From assembly GCF_006345805.1 (NCBI RefSeq), contig NC_042998.1, positions 127,720,001 to 127,784,000 on the forward strand: 64,000 nt of DNA, given 5' to 3'. Positions 1 to 14,400 of the stretch are shown one piece after another; position 1 is the stretch's first letter; every line of letters begins with the position of its first letter. The position numbers and the translations under genes are program-made. Source of the stretch: Octopus sinensis. Its lineage: Eukaryota. Below the pieces are notes generated by a model that saw only the letters and a program-made list of their open reading frames with translations, searched no databases and had not been told where the DNA came from.

Positions 1-757
1 ATACATACCTTATTAGTATTTCCTCCTATGTTCTATATACTCTGGGAACGCATTAAATCCATTTTCGGGGCTACTTTAATTAAGTTCTTACTACCGGGTA
101 ACTAATTTCATGTTATTACATAACTCACTTCATAATTTGGGTAATCATAACTTATTGGGAATTCCTAAAAACAAGATCCTGTGTAAGACAGTTCGGTATT
201 CTCTGTAAATGCACAAAACCGTTTTAAGGGCTACATATTCTGTATTGTTGTTATTGACTTAGTGAAACAATTATGAGAACGGGACCAAGGGATAAGACCC
301 ACTTTCCCTGGAATTACCGGGTACGTCAGATAATATGTATATATCCTTATTAATAAAGGATTATCAATCCGGCGAAGAAACTTCTTCAGTACTGTGTTAA
401 TACAAATACACCAGCCTAACAAAATATTTTTTTGATTGGTATAGAACTGCAGGTAATCCTATGGAGAAAACTGTAGTCGAAATCCATCACCAGTTGATTT
501 CTAAATCCATGGTTGCATTACCAACTTAATATGGTATGTTTTCAGAGTGATGTATAAGAAAACGTATTAGTAGTTGGCTTCATGCATCTATTCATTTGTG
601 CATTGCAGACTTACAGCTGCCTGTGATATGCATTTAAGGTGCGTTTATGTTTCCGTTTTTTGATCTGTTGAAAAGTGAACGAGAATAAAAAATGCTATCG
701 TCTTCGGAATCAGCGCATCAAGTACAGTATGTATATGTGTGATTTTCTGTAAATTTC

Positions 758-760
<3 letters not shown>

Positions 761-839
<79 letters not shown>

Positions 840-984
840 ATATTTCGGAATGGTCATATTGCCAGTTTAGCCAATAAATATTTAAACGTATATATATTTA
901 TATATATATATGTATATATATATATGTATATGTATATGTATATGCATATGTATACATATATATATATATATGTATGTATATATG

Positions 985-1038
<54 letters not shown>

Positions 1039-1600
1039 CATATGCATATACATGTATATATCATATTGTATGCTGTATATCTATTACATATGTTTCAAAG
1101 GCATCAAAGGTTTCTACAGCTGGGAGACAGCATCTCTGCTTCCAGAGCTGTCAAGTATATTATCTAGTTAAGAGACTGAGAATGAACACTTTACCTGGCG
1201 GTACATATATATGGACTGGGTTCATGTATCTATGGAATAAAGTGACCGTTAGATTGCAATGAGATGAGAGTATATTAATAAGGGGAGGAAGACGTGCCCG
1301 TAGTTACTGAGTAGTGTACATAGTATCATACCACAGGTCTTTCTCGTACCTACATCCATATATACATTACTAGGTAAGTTGATAAAAAGAGTTATTATTC
1401 CCCGATATCTCATTCATATTCTGTTTACGGTCATGAACCTTCAAATCATTATCTATAACCACAAAAATTACAAACAATGAATATATTTCACTCCACTACG
1501 CGAAATGAGTAGACTAGTTTTGTTCGTACTAATAAAATCTATCTAATGTATGTGTGTGTATGTGTATATATATAACACGTATTTATGTGTATATATGTGC

Positions 1601-1668
<68 letters not shown>

Positions 1669-1894
1669 GAGTGTGTGTGTATATATTCGGACATACATAT
1701 ATATAAGTATAAGCAAATGTGTGTACTTAACGATATATATGCCCGATATTTATATGTGTGAGTGTGTGTATGTTTGTGTGTATGTGTGTGTGCGTGCGCA
1801 TATCAATGTTCATATAATACGAATCATTTACACATATAAGTATATATATATATATTATATACGTTTGCGTATATATTATATATTATATATATAT

Positions 1895-1936
<42 letters not shown>

Positions 1937-1993
1937 ATATATATAATATATATTATATATATACTTATATATATATATACATTTATATATATA

Positions 1994-2064
<71 letters not shown>

Positions 2065-2070
2065 TATATT
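761..2070. repeat. Compound microsatellite field, (TA)n/(CA)n/(TG)n; representative of dozens of such tracts across the window
   Basis: Directly visible dinucleotide runs; they generate the YIYI/HTHT/CVCV ORFs in the ORF track. Confidence 0.95.
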
Positions 2071-2885
2071 ATCCAAGCACATATACATGCATATGCATAT
2101 GTATGTGTGTTGTATACAAGTATATATGTGGGTGCTATACAGGAATATAGGAAATACAGATACAAGCACGTTCTGTACACACATAGAGATATTTCTCTGT
2201 GTGTTTGTGTCTATCAGTGTGTGTGTGTCTATCTGTCCGTGTGTTTGTGTGCATGTGCGTCTGTGCGTCCTTGTACTTGTAAGCAACGTGTGAATATGAG
2301 CTTATATATGTCCGTACGTATAGCTGAGATATAATTCTACAATGGCGACTTTATCGATGCCGATATAACAACAAACCATAACGAATGGCAAATGAAGAGG
2401 AAGAAGACAAACAATTTCAGCTTTAACACATCCATTTCCTATATCTTGTTTATTTGTTTACACTGTTATTTATGTTTCACTGGGTTCCCGACTCACACCC
2501 ACCCCTCTTTTATTTATTTTGTTACCCTCTGATGTTCGAAAATAGTTTCATATTCCAAATATAGTAACATGTTCAGTCATAGGATCCTATATCACAGCAT
2601 TCTCTGAATAGTCTATAATGGAACGGAATAAATATTCATAAACATACATATATAACGGAGAAGAGAAAAGACTCTCAGAGCTGACGTTTATTTTCACTTT
2701 CACAATACATCCTTTTGTTTGTATTTATTTTCTTTGTTTATTTTTCATTGTCTAGTATCCCTTCTCTGTTTTTCTTCCTTTTCTTTTTCTCTTTCTCCCT
2801 ATCACTCTGCCTATCTCTTTTCGTAATATATATGCAGACATACTTGTTTATATTCAAATATATTAAATATATTTAAATATATTAA

Positions 2886-2918
<33 letters not shown>

Positions 2919-2995
2919 CACGTGTGTACGTATATATGAACGTGCTCATGCATATATACATATATATAGGCAATCATGTATACATATACGCACAT

Positions 2996-3032
<37 letters not shown>

Positions 3033-3444
3033 CACTAATATTTTTATACATGTAAGCATATGATGGTTGCAACTGAATTTCGAGCAAGAACATCGCTTTG
3101 TTTTTTTCATTTTTCTTTTAGAGCATGGCCGATGTTTCGCTAGGGACCTACAAGTGTTCAAAGAGTTACCACCCGAGGTGACACATACCTTTATTCCATC
3201 ATGGTATGTTTTATGAGTGCTTTGCTCTTCTTCTATCATGGCCAGTCATAGCATGCAATTACATTATGCATTTGCCACAAAAGAACAATTTTTCTATGAC
3301 ACTGGATGCAAATGAAGTCGCAAAGTTTACATCAGAGGTTACCTTCCCTTAGGGAGATTTCTGAACAAAGAGTAGGGATTTCTCTATGGTTTATATGTTA
3401 CTTGTAATAATAGGTCATTCTTATTGGTAGCGGTAACATATATA

Positions 3445-3477
<33 letters not shown>

Positions 3478-4005
3478 GTAGAATATAACGCAACTGGTTC
3501 ACTAGCAGCGAAAAGGCATGGGGAGTTATACGTATACATATTAATATCAAAAAACGTAAAAAATAACTATATTACAAGAGGCATAAAGCTGATAGGCAAG
3601 ACTATGTTTGAAAAGGATACAATATTTAAGTAAAAATGTACATACAGGCAAACAAATGAACAAAAAGAACTTAACAAAGTAAAGCAACGATCACAGAGAG
3701 GACCATCCGGTGTATTCAAAGAGTCCTCTAACTAAAAAACTAGCACGGGGTAGGGGAGACAATAAAAAAGAATAGGAAGAAAAAATGAATATATGAAGGA
3801 GAAAATTATTATAAATAAATTTGCAAGTGATAGAAAAACCTATACACTTCGCAAATAAGAATATACAGTCATACATAAATACATACACACATACACAGAC
3901 ACACGTGCATACACTCACAAACACATACAAGGTTGCAAGTGTAAGGGAAGGTACAAACAAGTAAAATAAAATAATAAGGGAGTACATATTTACATTAGAC
4001 GTATG

Positions 4006-4069
<64 letters not shown>

Positions 4070-4315
4070 TATATATACATACACACATATACAATATATG
4101 TATACACACGCACACACATATAGACATAAACATAGAATACATTCATGCGCAAACACAAATACAAGTATACACATACATACATACCTACGTGCGTATATAT
4201 ATATATATATATATTGGTAAAAACGGTAAGATGACAAAAGAAAGAAAGAGACCTCAATATTATGTAAATAGAGGAAATTTATCTATAAAATAATGTTACA
4301 ATTACTCAATAGTCA

Positions 4316-4378
4316 AGATAGAATTCTGAGTTTCAGATGCCGAAGTGGAAATCCACAACACCATCTCTTCGGTTATCT
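4316..4378 (-). ncRNA. Decayed hammerhead ribozyme motif
   Basis: Minus strand reads agataa-CCGAAGA-gatg...catc-t-GAAAC-tcaga-att-ctatct. Stem I, stem II and GAAA are present; the core has U4>C and stem III has a mismatch. The stem-III sequence resembles that of the 8894-9051 element. Confidence 0.5.
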
Positions 4379-4706
4379 GGCCATCTGAAAAAACGCTATG
4401 AAAAAATACCGTTATATAAAGGGAAATTACTGTGTTATAATTATATAAAATAAGATTAAAATTTCATAGTAAACACGTAAAACATGGCTAGTCATACGCT
4501 TACATGTGCGCTCGCGGATCCATGTGCGTACTTATACGTCACTATGAAAACGTACACATCTTCACTCGCATTTTTCGCCAAATATATACGCATATATATA
4601 CAAACTCATACACACACATGCCTACCGTAAAAGTTCATACATACGTCTATATACGCACAAGCACAAGAAAAACCATATATATATATATATGTGTGTGTGT
4701 GTGTAC

Positions 4707-4740
<34 letters not shown>

Positions 4741-5163
4741 CATAAGGGTACACGAATCGCCTTAACTCTTCAGTAATTTTTAACTTGGTAAATAAATCTT
4801 GCTTAAGACAGCTCAGGTTTTTTTACCAAAACTCGAAATCATGATACAAGTATAACCAAATTACCAAACTATATAGCATTAAGCTGTGATGGCATGTTAA
4901 TTTTTTTTACTCGTTCACCAGACTACTGTTGCTATCTGCTGAATTTTCCATTGTCATTGGTGATTTAGTTCAGGGTTTTAACTCCACTTTCTAGCAGGTA
5001 GGTGCTTCGTGTGCCTTTATGATAAATAGAGAATGTTAATTGTATAGTTAACTAACGCTATTTAAAACCAGCAGCCACCTTTATTTTAGTTGTTGCTATT
5101 ATCAATTTATATGTGATAACAAAAATAATATCTTCATAGACATTCGCTTTTGAATATTTACTC

Positions 5164-5202
<39 letters not shown>

Positions 5203-5529
5203 CAGAGAGAGTGAGAGAGACAGAGTGGGGCTGTAGTAATGAACATAAACACAATTAGGCTTCACATAACTATATTTACATGGAACACAGAATAAATGTG
5301 TGAAAAAAATAACGAATAAAACATGAAGAGAATATGCAACTTCGACAGCTGTTTCAGGAAGTTCCGAGTCGTATAATAATCATAATAAGAATAAATTGTA
5401 TATGAAATGTGCAAGAAATCATTTGTATGTAACCGGTGACCAGTCACATGCAGGTATTACAATAAGTCCTTCCCTCACCATAAGAAGATCGACAAACGCT
5501 ACTCTTCAGTTGCCATTTTCAAATCTTCC

Positions 5530-5915
5530 AACCGAACTTGTAATACTTTCGAATTGAGAGCTATACCAGATCTCGAAATGGATGTCACCGAACTGTTACA
5601 AAAGTCTGAGCTGCCTCATCTAAAGCGAGCACTATGTACTGCAATAGCTTGAGATTCATGGGCTCGCAGCTCTTTAACTCCTTGCCAAAACATCTTAGGG
5701 ATCTCTATGGATTGGGAGTAGATGTTATCATGATACCTAGCCCTGTTTCTATCCAAGCTCCCAGATGAACCAATATCAAAGCAGGAAATTCAAAAGAGGG
5801 CAGCGGTTTCGAACTCCCTCCTTCACCAAAAGCCAATCCCATGAAATTGGCCAATTAAAAGGTGTTTACACTGGCGGTGCCACAGCATGGCCGCAGCCTC
5901 AAGGCTGAAACATAT
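5530..5915 (+). mobile_element. Degenerate 3' end of a CR1-group LINE (ORF2 C-terminus plus 3' UTR)
   Basis: Translates YCNSLRFMGSQLFNSLPKHLRDL, then a frameshift, then LALFLSKLPDEPISKQEIQKRAAVSNSLLHQ. This parallels the C-terminus of the intact fragment at 41541-42151 (GPALFNITPKHIK...LDRFLQEIPDKP...NNSLLEW). Confidence 0.75.
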
Positions 5916-7664
5916 AATACAATAAGAGTATATATATACACTCACACATACATACACACACAAATACATACAGTGAGTGAAAGAGAACGTGTGTGTGTGT
6001 GTGTGTGTGCGTGTTCATATTCTCTTACACACGTAATGTATTCACACTCACACTTATAAACACGCATAGATTCGGATTTATGTATACATTGTTATATCTG
6101 TAGATATGTATATGAATAAGAGCCTATTCTGTATCGTATGCGTACTTTTTTCTTTGTCATTCACTTCCACACATACAGTGTATGTACGCACATGCGTCTG
6201 TGTAAGTGTGTAAGTGCGTGTTTGTGTGTACGCGCGTGCATGTGTGTGTATGTACACACTCAAACTGTAGGTGGACACGGGCGGGGTGAGGAGAACGAAA
6301 ACGAAAATAGGAAGCAAATTGGAATTCTAAAGAAACCAATATATGCAGAGGACAAAATCGATATGTAAGTTTGAAGAGTTCCTAACGCATCTGCGCCTTT
6401 AATTAACTTCTTATTTGAAAGCGAAATCTTTAAATATATTTCTTTCTTCACTTTGAAATTAATTAGCACATTAAAATCAAAAATACTTTCTAGAAGGAAT
6501 CTATAAATTTATATTGACCCATCTTCCGACATAATGGAATCATATAGATATATTCAGATGAACAACATACTTTCCTAACCAATTTTCAATTTTACATTTT
6601 CTTTTCCAAGAAAAACATTTTTTTTTTATGAGACACTTCGAAGAATATCAAAACGAGATTCTTACATGTCTAAAATGTTGGTTAATTTGATAAAAGTAAC
6701 GTTTATTCAGTCCTCCAAACATTCATGTATTTCGTTTCTGAAACTTCTCACCAATGAAAAATAACTTTCCTAATCCAGAAAAACATCTTTCACTACACTA
6801 TCTAGTAAATATATGAATGAATTGCGTATACGTTCGCACACGTAAGCATGAATGCAAGCATTAACGTTATTGCATGATGACTCTGTATATTTAGACTTAT
6901 GTATGTATACACAAACGTATGTTTGAATGTCTACATGCGTGTTTATGTATTTATTACATACCAAACTCCTGGAATGTTTTTCTCGTTTTCCATATATCCA
7001 TTGTCATCTTAATGGTTTGTAGCTCTACAGTCCAAATTAACTGTTTCTTATCCGGCTTCGTTTGACCTAACTTCTGAAAATTGCTGCTGAGGCAGTTTGA
7101 TTTGTATCCAGCTCTCCTCTGTGTGTGTATGTATATATGTATTGGCAACTCTATCACACCTTAGTAAGGAGAGTGTTTTTCGTTGGACCCCCTGCAGGAC
7201 GGCAATCTGACAAGCTAGTGGAACAGGATCGCTAGCCTTTGTCTAAAAAGCTCCCTGAGAGAAAGAAATTCCAGAATAACACCCACTTCATTGCTAAGCC
7301 AGAGATCTTGCTCTTGTTTGTTTCTAGAATACTTGACTTCGTAGGTGAAACTCTTAACGTTGTAAAAACTATTAGTGAGTTAAAAGTTCACCACTGTCAT
7401 TGCTAACAGTATTGTCTTTATCATCTACGATTAGATAATTTGTCAATGATGGTCATATTCGTCTACGAGTTGGCAGCCATTAGGTATGTGTATACTTATT
7501 CTGTGTGCATTAAGCATATACGTTTATATGGCCTTGTATATCATTTTGATGAATTGTGTGGTGAGAAACGCTACTTTTGTGTTCCATACTATACGGCACG
7601 AGAGACGAAACAATGAATGCAGCAAGGACATAGTAATTAGGAACGTTAAAACACTACATTACGA

Positions 7665-7835
7665 TATTGGTTTCAAATCTTGGCAATGCTCAAATATTTC
7701 GCAATTTACCAACCCCCGAAAGGATGAAAGGTAGTTAACCTCGATGAAATTTGAACTCAGAACGTAAAGACGGAGAAAATAACGCTAAACATCTTGCTCG
7801 GTGTGCTAACGAGTCTGCCAGCTCACTGCCTTATG
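7665..7835 (-). mobile_element. tRNA-derived SINE, family A (core cgaccccgaaaggatgaaaggcaaagtcgacctcggc), degenerate
   Basis: Matches the other copies at 19930, 33005, 33390, 35325, 50365 and 61155; B-box-like gagttcaaattt on the minus strand. Confidence 0.75.
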
Positions 7836-8926
7836 CTACATTAAAATATTGGCTTTTAATTCAGCACCAATCAACATACTTGTAGGGAAATACGTGTACG
7901 TTTTATTTTTTTTTAAATATGTCAGGTTAGGTGTAGCGATAGTTATGACCAGTTAAAAACCCACAATATTATTGAGATTAATGCATTCGATATTTACTTT
8001 GAACCTCCGATGTTGATAACGAACAGAATTTCAAATTGCCAAAGACTTGTGCAAAATATAATATAATTCTAAGCTGTTTGTGTTGAATAAGTTTGTGTAT
8101 ATGCACTTTTGTGTCCGTGCCTGTGCGTGAGTGTATGTGTTCATGCCTCTATGTGTGTGTATGTCCTTGCCTCTGTGTGTGTTGTGCACGTATGAGTATT
8201 CGTGTATGTCCGAATGAGTACGTATGTACTGCCCTTAAACAGTGAAAAGATTTGCTACTCTAAATGTAGCGTAGAAAATAACAACAGGGGGACTAAGATG
8301 ATTAGTGCAGACAACGAAAAACTACTATTCAATAAATATGTAAATGGACATTTTCGTAATAAACACAAAATTTACAAACCAGGTGAATTTGTCAGTCGCA
8401 TAGAGCGAAATTATATATCATAGCTAGGAAAACTATCTCCCTCATTGACATTTATATCTTAGTCTTGTATGTATACGAATGTTATATATCACGATGTCTA
8501 GTGAAAAATGTAAAGCCGCTTTACACAAACAGATTGTTCGTTTAGATAATTTCTGTTATTTATTGGCTTGGGCACCTAGCAATATTCACATAGTTTAGCT
8601 ATACTTCTCAGAGATATGCTCAATATAAATGCAGTCTATTTTGAATTCTGCATGATATTTGTGGTATGGAAAATTTAAAGGCATTTCATAAATTCCGCGT
8701 CTAATATGATATCTTATAGTTGCTATAATAGAAGTCTTTCATCTGGGAAAATTATTATTTCGCTTGCACAAAAGTGGCATACACTCTCACACAAACAATT
8801 CATATGTAAGTACCGAAGTCTACGATATGTGTCTATATGCGTGTATATCTATCTATCTATCGATCTCTGTATATATATATATATATATATATACTTTATT
8901 TAAAGCAGCAGAAAATTCAACAAAAT

Positions 8927-8964
8927 CTGTTACTCTGAGTTTCTCGTTGCCGTTCATCAGACAG
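8927..8964 (-). ncRNA. Minimal type I hammerhead ribozyme (minus-strand mirror copy)
   Basis: Exact reverse complement of 8981-9018. Confidence 0.8.
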
Positions 8965-8980
8965 TTTTTGCTAGCAAAAA

Positions 8981-9018
8981 CTGTCTGATGAACGGCAACG
9001 AGAAACTCAGAGTAACAG
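8981..9018 (+). ncRNA. Minimal type I hammerhead ribozyme (plus-strand copy)
   Basis: ctgt-CTGATGA-acg(gcaa)cga-GAAAC-tcaga-GTA-acag. Stem I is ctgt/acag (extendable with gcaaaa/ttttgt), the stem II loop is GNRA-type, stem III is ACTC-a-GAGT, and the predicted cleavage is after GUA (9014). Confidence 0.8.
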
Positions 9019-9050
9019 ATTTTGTTGAATTTTCTGCTGCTTAAAATAAA

Positions 9051-9128
<78 letters not shown>

Positions 9129-10689
9129 GTGTATGTATGTACATAAATATATGCATGTATATGCATGTATATGCATATATATGTATCTATATGCATATAT
9201 ATGTATGTATATATACATTTATAATATATATATATATATACAGAGAGAGAGAGAGAGAGATTGAGAGAGACACAGATGGAGATAGATTTTTGTAGCTGTA
9301 TATCGATATACATATAAATATATACATAAGTATGTGTGTATTGTTTCCCATATGATGTGTGTGTGCTGTGTCTATGTGTGTGCCCGCGCGCGTGTATTTG
9401 TCTCTCTGTACGTGTGGACATTTGTGACTTTCAATGCATCTTGGAAAAGTCTTTTAAATATTCTTCTGGATTTTAAGAAATGACAATTATAACAAGAGCT
9501 GTAACATACAATTTTCTGATAAAACACCACTATAGTTTTCTCATTTACCTATAGTTAATCAATCGCTGTTCTCAGATAATGCAGGGAGAGGAAAATACTA
9601 TATTTATAACTGTAAAGGATCATTGCAACTTAGAAGTGTGTGTCGAAATACTGTGAGCCTGTCACTCTGTCATTAAGTCAATATTCTATTCCTGCTCCTC
9701 CACCTTCCTCAAACGTACTATAATAACTCATATCTGTATCCGAGACTCAAAGTCGATATATAACAGAGATTACACTTGTGTATTTATGGTGGACACAATG
9801 AACCTCGGGGCTAAATATCGTAAAATATTTAGATCAACCCACTCTAAATTTCGAGTACAAAGTACGTTATTGATTATTTTGCTTTTCACCTTTATAGTGT
9901 TAATAAAATACGTGCTATTTGTATAATGTTGTTAATAGCATGCATATGCTTATAAAGACTCCCTACAAATGCGGAGGGTTTAGCAGCTTATAATAAATCA
10001 ATATTTATATAAGCGTATGTATGTATAATTGATTGAATCGACCGAAGTATATATTACTAACACTTGTATGAAATGCTGAACTGCTGAAGGAGCACCTACG
10101 TGGATGCTCAACATACCAGATATAGCAGCCAATTTTTTCTTAAATCGCACTCGCACTATCACGTTTTAATACAGAATAGCTATATTGTATCAATTAGTCT
10201 TATTAATTGCCAGAGAAAACCAGGATGGTCGCGGCTAGAATGTCTTTCATCATGCAACAATTTACCCAGTGCAAACATGATTAACACCTATAATGAATCA
10301 CAAGATTTATTTAAATGTAAATAGTTTTATTCTGTATATGTAATGAGTGTAAACGTGCTAGGCATCGCTTTACATGGTTACTGTTTTACACAAATCAGCA
10401 ACCGATTGAATCATTGGAACACTGGACTAGAAACCAAAATTTCCTTAGCTTGTTTCCCTTATCCCAATATTGGCTCTTCGTGGGATATGAGATATAAAGG
10501 TAAATAATGCTGCATAACATTGACTCCTGCGCATTAAATAGCAAAGGTACTTAACCGCTACTAGTTCTATTCACTAGGTGCAAATAATCTAACAAGAACT
10601 CTGTATAACCCATCAATGCTTCTAGTTTATATATTCTATTGAAAATACTGAGCCTAACACTTCCTGTTTTAAATGAATTTCTGTCGGTT

Positions 10690-11020
10690 TCGTTGATGAG
10701 TGCTCCAATTGTCTAATCAACGAAACAGCCTGATCATTGAATTAGCTTACAAGTGGCTGGGTATTCCAGAGAAACGTGTACCCTTAACTCTTAGAGAGAA
10801 TCAGCACGACTATATGCAATAATGCTGGCTTTTTGAATTTAGCTAACAACCCATCCCTCGGGCTTCCCAGCTGTTTCTGTCAACACAATTTCTTTCAGGG
10901 CGCTCGGATTGAACGGAGGCTGTAGTCAGAGACACTTGTTCAAGATGTCACACAGTAGTTTCGAACCCAGAACTTTATGATTGAAAGTGAGCTTTATAGT
11001 TATTCCATCTATGTCTGCTC
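10690..11020 (-). mobile_element. Degenerate SINE fragments (family C 3' part followed by a family B-like 5' part)
   Basis: Similar to 53490-53812 (aacagcctgctcgtgaaattaacgtgcaagtggct...) and to 56400-56517 (gacacttgcccaaggt...cgaaccc). Confidence 0.55.
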
Positions 11021-11374
11021 TTCATTCATCGAGATATCATAATAGCATAATCGATAAGTTATAACGCTACGTAGACTTTATCCGTTTATCCTGTAGACTA
11101 GCGATATACATAAGAAAGAGCAGAGTAAGAATGAGTGGTAAAATAAAGTATCTTTAACTGATACAGCTTATATTGGAATCCATCAGAAAAACCGCTCTAT
11201 CTCATTAATATTTTAGACATTTTATATCCTAGCTAAGTGCTTATTGAATCTCAAATAAAGAATGTATCCTACATCACTCAGCAGTTGTAAAGCTATATCT
11301 CTAATTACATAAATATTGGTTTCATACAAATATCCACTCATATGCATGCACATACACAAACAAATACATATAAC

Positions 11375-11472
11375 ATTATTATTATTATTATTATCATTAT
11401 TATTATTATGATTATTATTACTACTATTATTATTATTATATTATTATTATTATCATTATTATTATTATTATT
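11375..11472. repeat. (ATT)n trinucleotide microsatellite
   Basis: Directly visible. Confidence 0.95.
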
Positions 11473-14400
11473 ACATCAATGTTACGTTATCATATTATTA
11501 CCTCACTATGCAGCTGATTCCACTTAGACATTTATTTAGCAATTCAGTAATAAATGGACCTCTGTTCAGCCTTTATTCCATGTGATTTTATTATACACAT
11601 ATTTATTGCATATTTCTTTTGCAGCCTTCAGAATCCATAATTTGTACGGCTTTTCAATGAAGCAACATTGTGATTTATTGATATGTTTGCAACGTTCCAT
11701 AAATAAAAGCATTGTATTAATTAAGTTTGGTTCTTTGCACTCTAAATTAGTCTTGAAGGTTAGTATGATTAAATGCAGTACTTATATTTTATCATTTCCT
11801 AGTTCAAAATCTCAACGTAGCCGACATTATTTTTGAGCCTGTCGATGAGATATAATTTTACCCTTGAAGTAATCGCTGGGCCCACCTTCAGTTACCTAGT
11901 GTTTCCAGAGAGTGACAAGGGTGTGTATGAGAGTCCAGCTGATGAGTAAATATTTTTATGAAGTAGATAAAAAAAAGAAAAACAATTCTTTGTCTTTTTA
12001 TTCAAGTCTCTCTTACGTCCCTCTGGTTTAAATGCTACGGCCAGTTCATTAATAAATGTATTATCAACGCGTCAGTACACATGGTTGATATATCCACAAC
12101 TTATGTTAAGCAAACGATACAAAATTGAAATTTATTCTGTTGTGACCCTGTCACTTAGTAGCTTAAACACTCAGCGACATTAACATCGATCATGCTATGA
12201 ATTTTTTTCATATGTAAATATGAGATGCTTAGTGTGAAAATGATGCATACATTATATAGCGAATTTTAGTACAGAACTGCTATTTATTTTGACTCCAGCG
12301 GTCATATAAAAACGATAGTACATGACGTAGTAGTTGAACTCAGACCATTATGAAACACACTGAATATTTGAAGACAATTACTCCAAGGATTTACTGTTCT
12401 GCTACATCACTATTATTTGATATCTAAAACAATTGTGTTGTTATAATAGCCATATATTTCATGAAAAACGTAGTGCAATAAATTGAGAAAGCTTCAGAAC
12501 TTTAAAACAAAATTTACTCATAATCAAAACCAACTTATAATAGTGCTTTCTTCAAGATTTCCTAACATTATAGAAATAAGAGGCAAAATTCCATTAGATA
12601 CCAGATCTGTTTATAGCAGGTTACTTTATCACACTTTATCTAACTAGATAACCATAAGGCTATAGAGCTAAATACTTTCTACATTGCCACGTATGCTCAA
12701 CTACATCGATTCTATACGACTAAATGGCTGTTTTTATTTTATCTATGTCCAAGATATACATAAATTCCCACAGAGTAGTCTGGACAACAAATGTGACTGA
12801 CCAATCTAATGGATAGGTGTTATCTCTTCAGATTATGAATTAAAGCGCCCATAACCTTTGCAGTGACTAGCAATTGAAAGGAGAGAAGGCAAAGCATCTC
12901 GTGTGTTAAAATGAATTGAAAAAAGCACAACTCATGTTAAGTTATTCCTATACAGTAGACCTGGTCCATATGTTTGTAACAGACTGGACACTGTTAAAAC
13001 TAACATGGAGTTAAGTTATTATATTAAGCTAGGTGAGGTATTTAGTCTACCATCCTGAAAGATGTACAATCTGACAGATGCTCTACGTCTTTCCGATTTC
13101 ACTGACAAGGCTTGGACCAACAAAAGCTTGTTGTAGAAGATGCAAGCTCAAAGTCCCGCGTTGTGGGATCGAACCCATAAATTAAAAACAAGAGACAGGA
13201 ATTATCCACTCGCTTTAGCTATGAAAAATTGTTGTTATTATGGGAACAGAAAGTATTTTGAACAGGATGATCCCTCGTTGCATCAGCTGGAGCGTTGATT
13301 CTCAAAACTGTAAATAAATGGTTCTAATAAAAAACAAAATAGTGAAATTGTCTACCACAATCTTCCTTTATTAATGACAAAGATTATGCAACCATATAAT
13401 TTTTCTTTCTTCGTAGTAATTTTAGCTAAATTTAAAAAGTTTAAAATCATCTTAATTCTATTAACAACAATGATTTGTTCGCCTCGTTTTCCAATCTCAT
13501 AGCTGCCACCTAAGCGTGCTGTTGTTTCAATCATTAGAAACAAATGGGTTAGAGGATAACATTGACCTTACTGAGGCTGCAAAATAGTTTAGTATCCGAC
13601 TACGCTACTGTGACTTGGAATTCTATTCGTAACTATCTAAGCCAATTATATTGCATTCTCAGAAATCTTTATGACTAGAAAATACATCGTGTGGGTTTTA
13701 TGTAATTACTGAGAAAAGGCAAAACAAACGAAATGGAAATCAAAACCAAATTTACTTCCTCAGTATTCACACAGACAACTAAAAATACAATTTATTTTGT
13801 ACAAATAACTTTCATTTGTAAACAAGAAAAGAGAAGAGTTATGAAGTCTTTTGATATTCAATCCCTTTTTAAAACCAGTAAGAATGTAAATGAAGTTGTT
13901 CTAACTGACAATCTAAACCTGGTTTGGTTTGAATAACCAAGTAAATAAGAGAAAATAAAAACTTATTTCGTTCATAGTTACAATAATTACAGATACAGGC
14001 AAAGAAATACAAGCGTTTATGATTTGGAAGCGTTTGTAGTTGTACACCATCGTTCTTTCTAACGGGGAATGAAAACCGAATCATTGTTATCTATTTCGGA
14101 AAATACTGTCTGAAAACGATACTGGACAAACAAAATACGTCTTATACCAACTCAATTTATCACCTGGCAGTTCTTGGCACCGCTTTCCATTTTCGACATC
14201 GTTTAATGCTGAATTCAATGGGAATCGAATACTTATCCGATCTTTCAGAGCTGAGGTTAAAATGAGGTTACAGAGATCGCACTAAATTTTTATATTTTTT
14301 CACCGATATAATTGTTTGTCTGACTAGTAAAATTCAGAAATAGCTTAAATATCTTTGCTAAATTAACCTCTCTGTCTTTTAATTGTTTTTCTTCTTTCGT

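Larger units (their letters stand above)
8894..9051. mobile_element. 158-bp palindromic mini-element carrying back-to-back hammerhead ribozymes, flanked by (TA)n
   Basis: Centre of symmetry at 8972/8973 (gct|agc); 79-bp arms with a single mismatch (8902/9043) and no spacer. Confidence 0.9.

Noticed and set aside
638-718. Possible minus-strand HHR (CCGAAGA...GAAACATA)
   Set aside because: Multiple core deviations and weak stems; not distinguishable from chance by eye.
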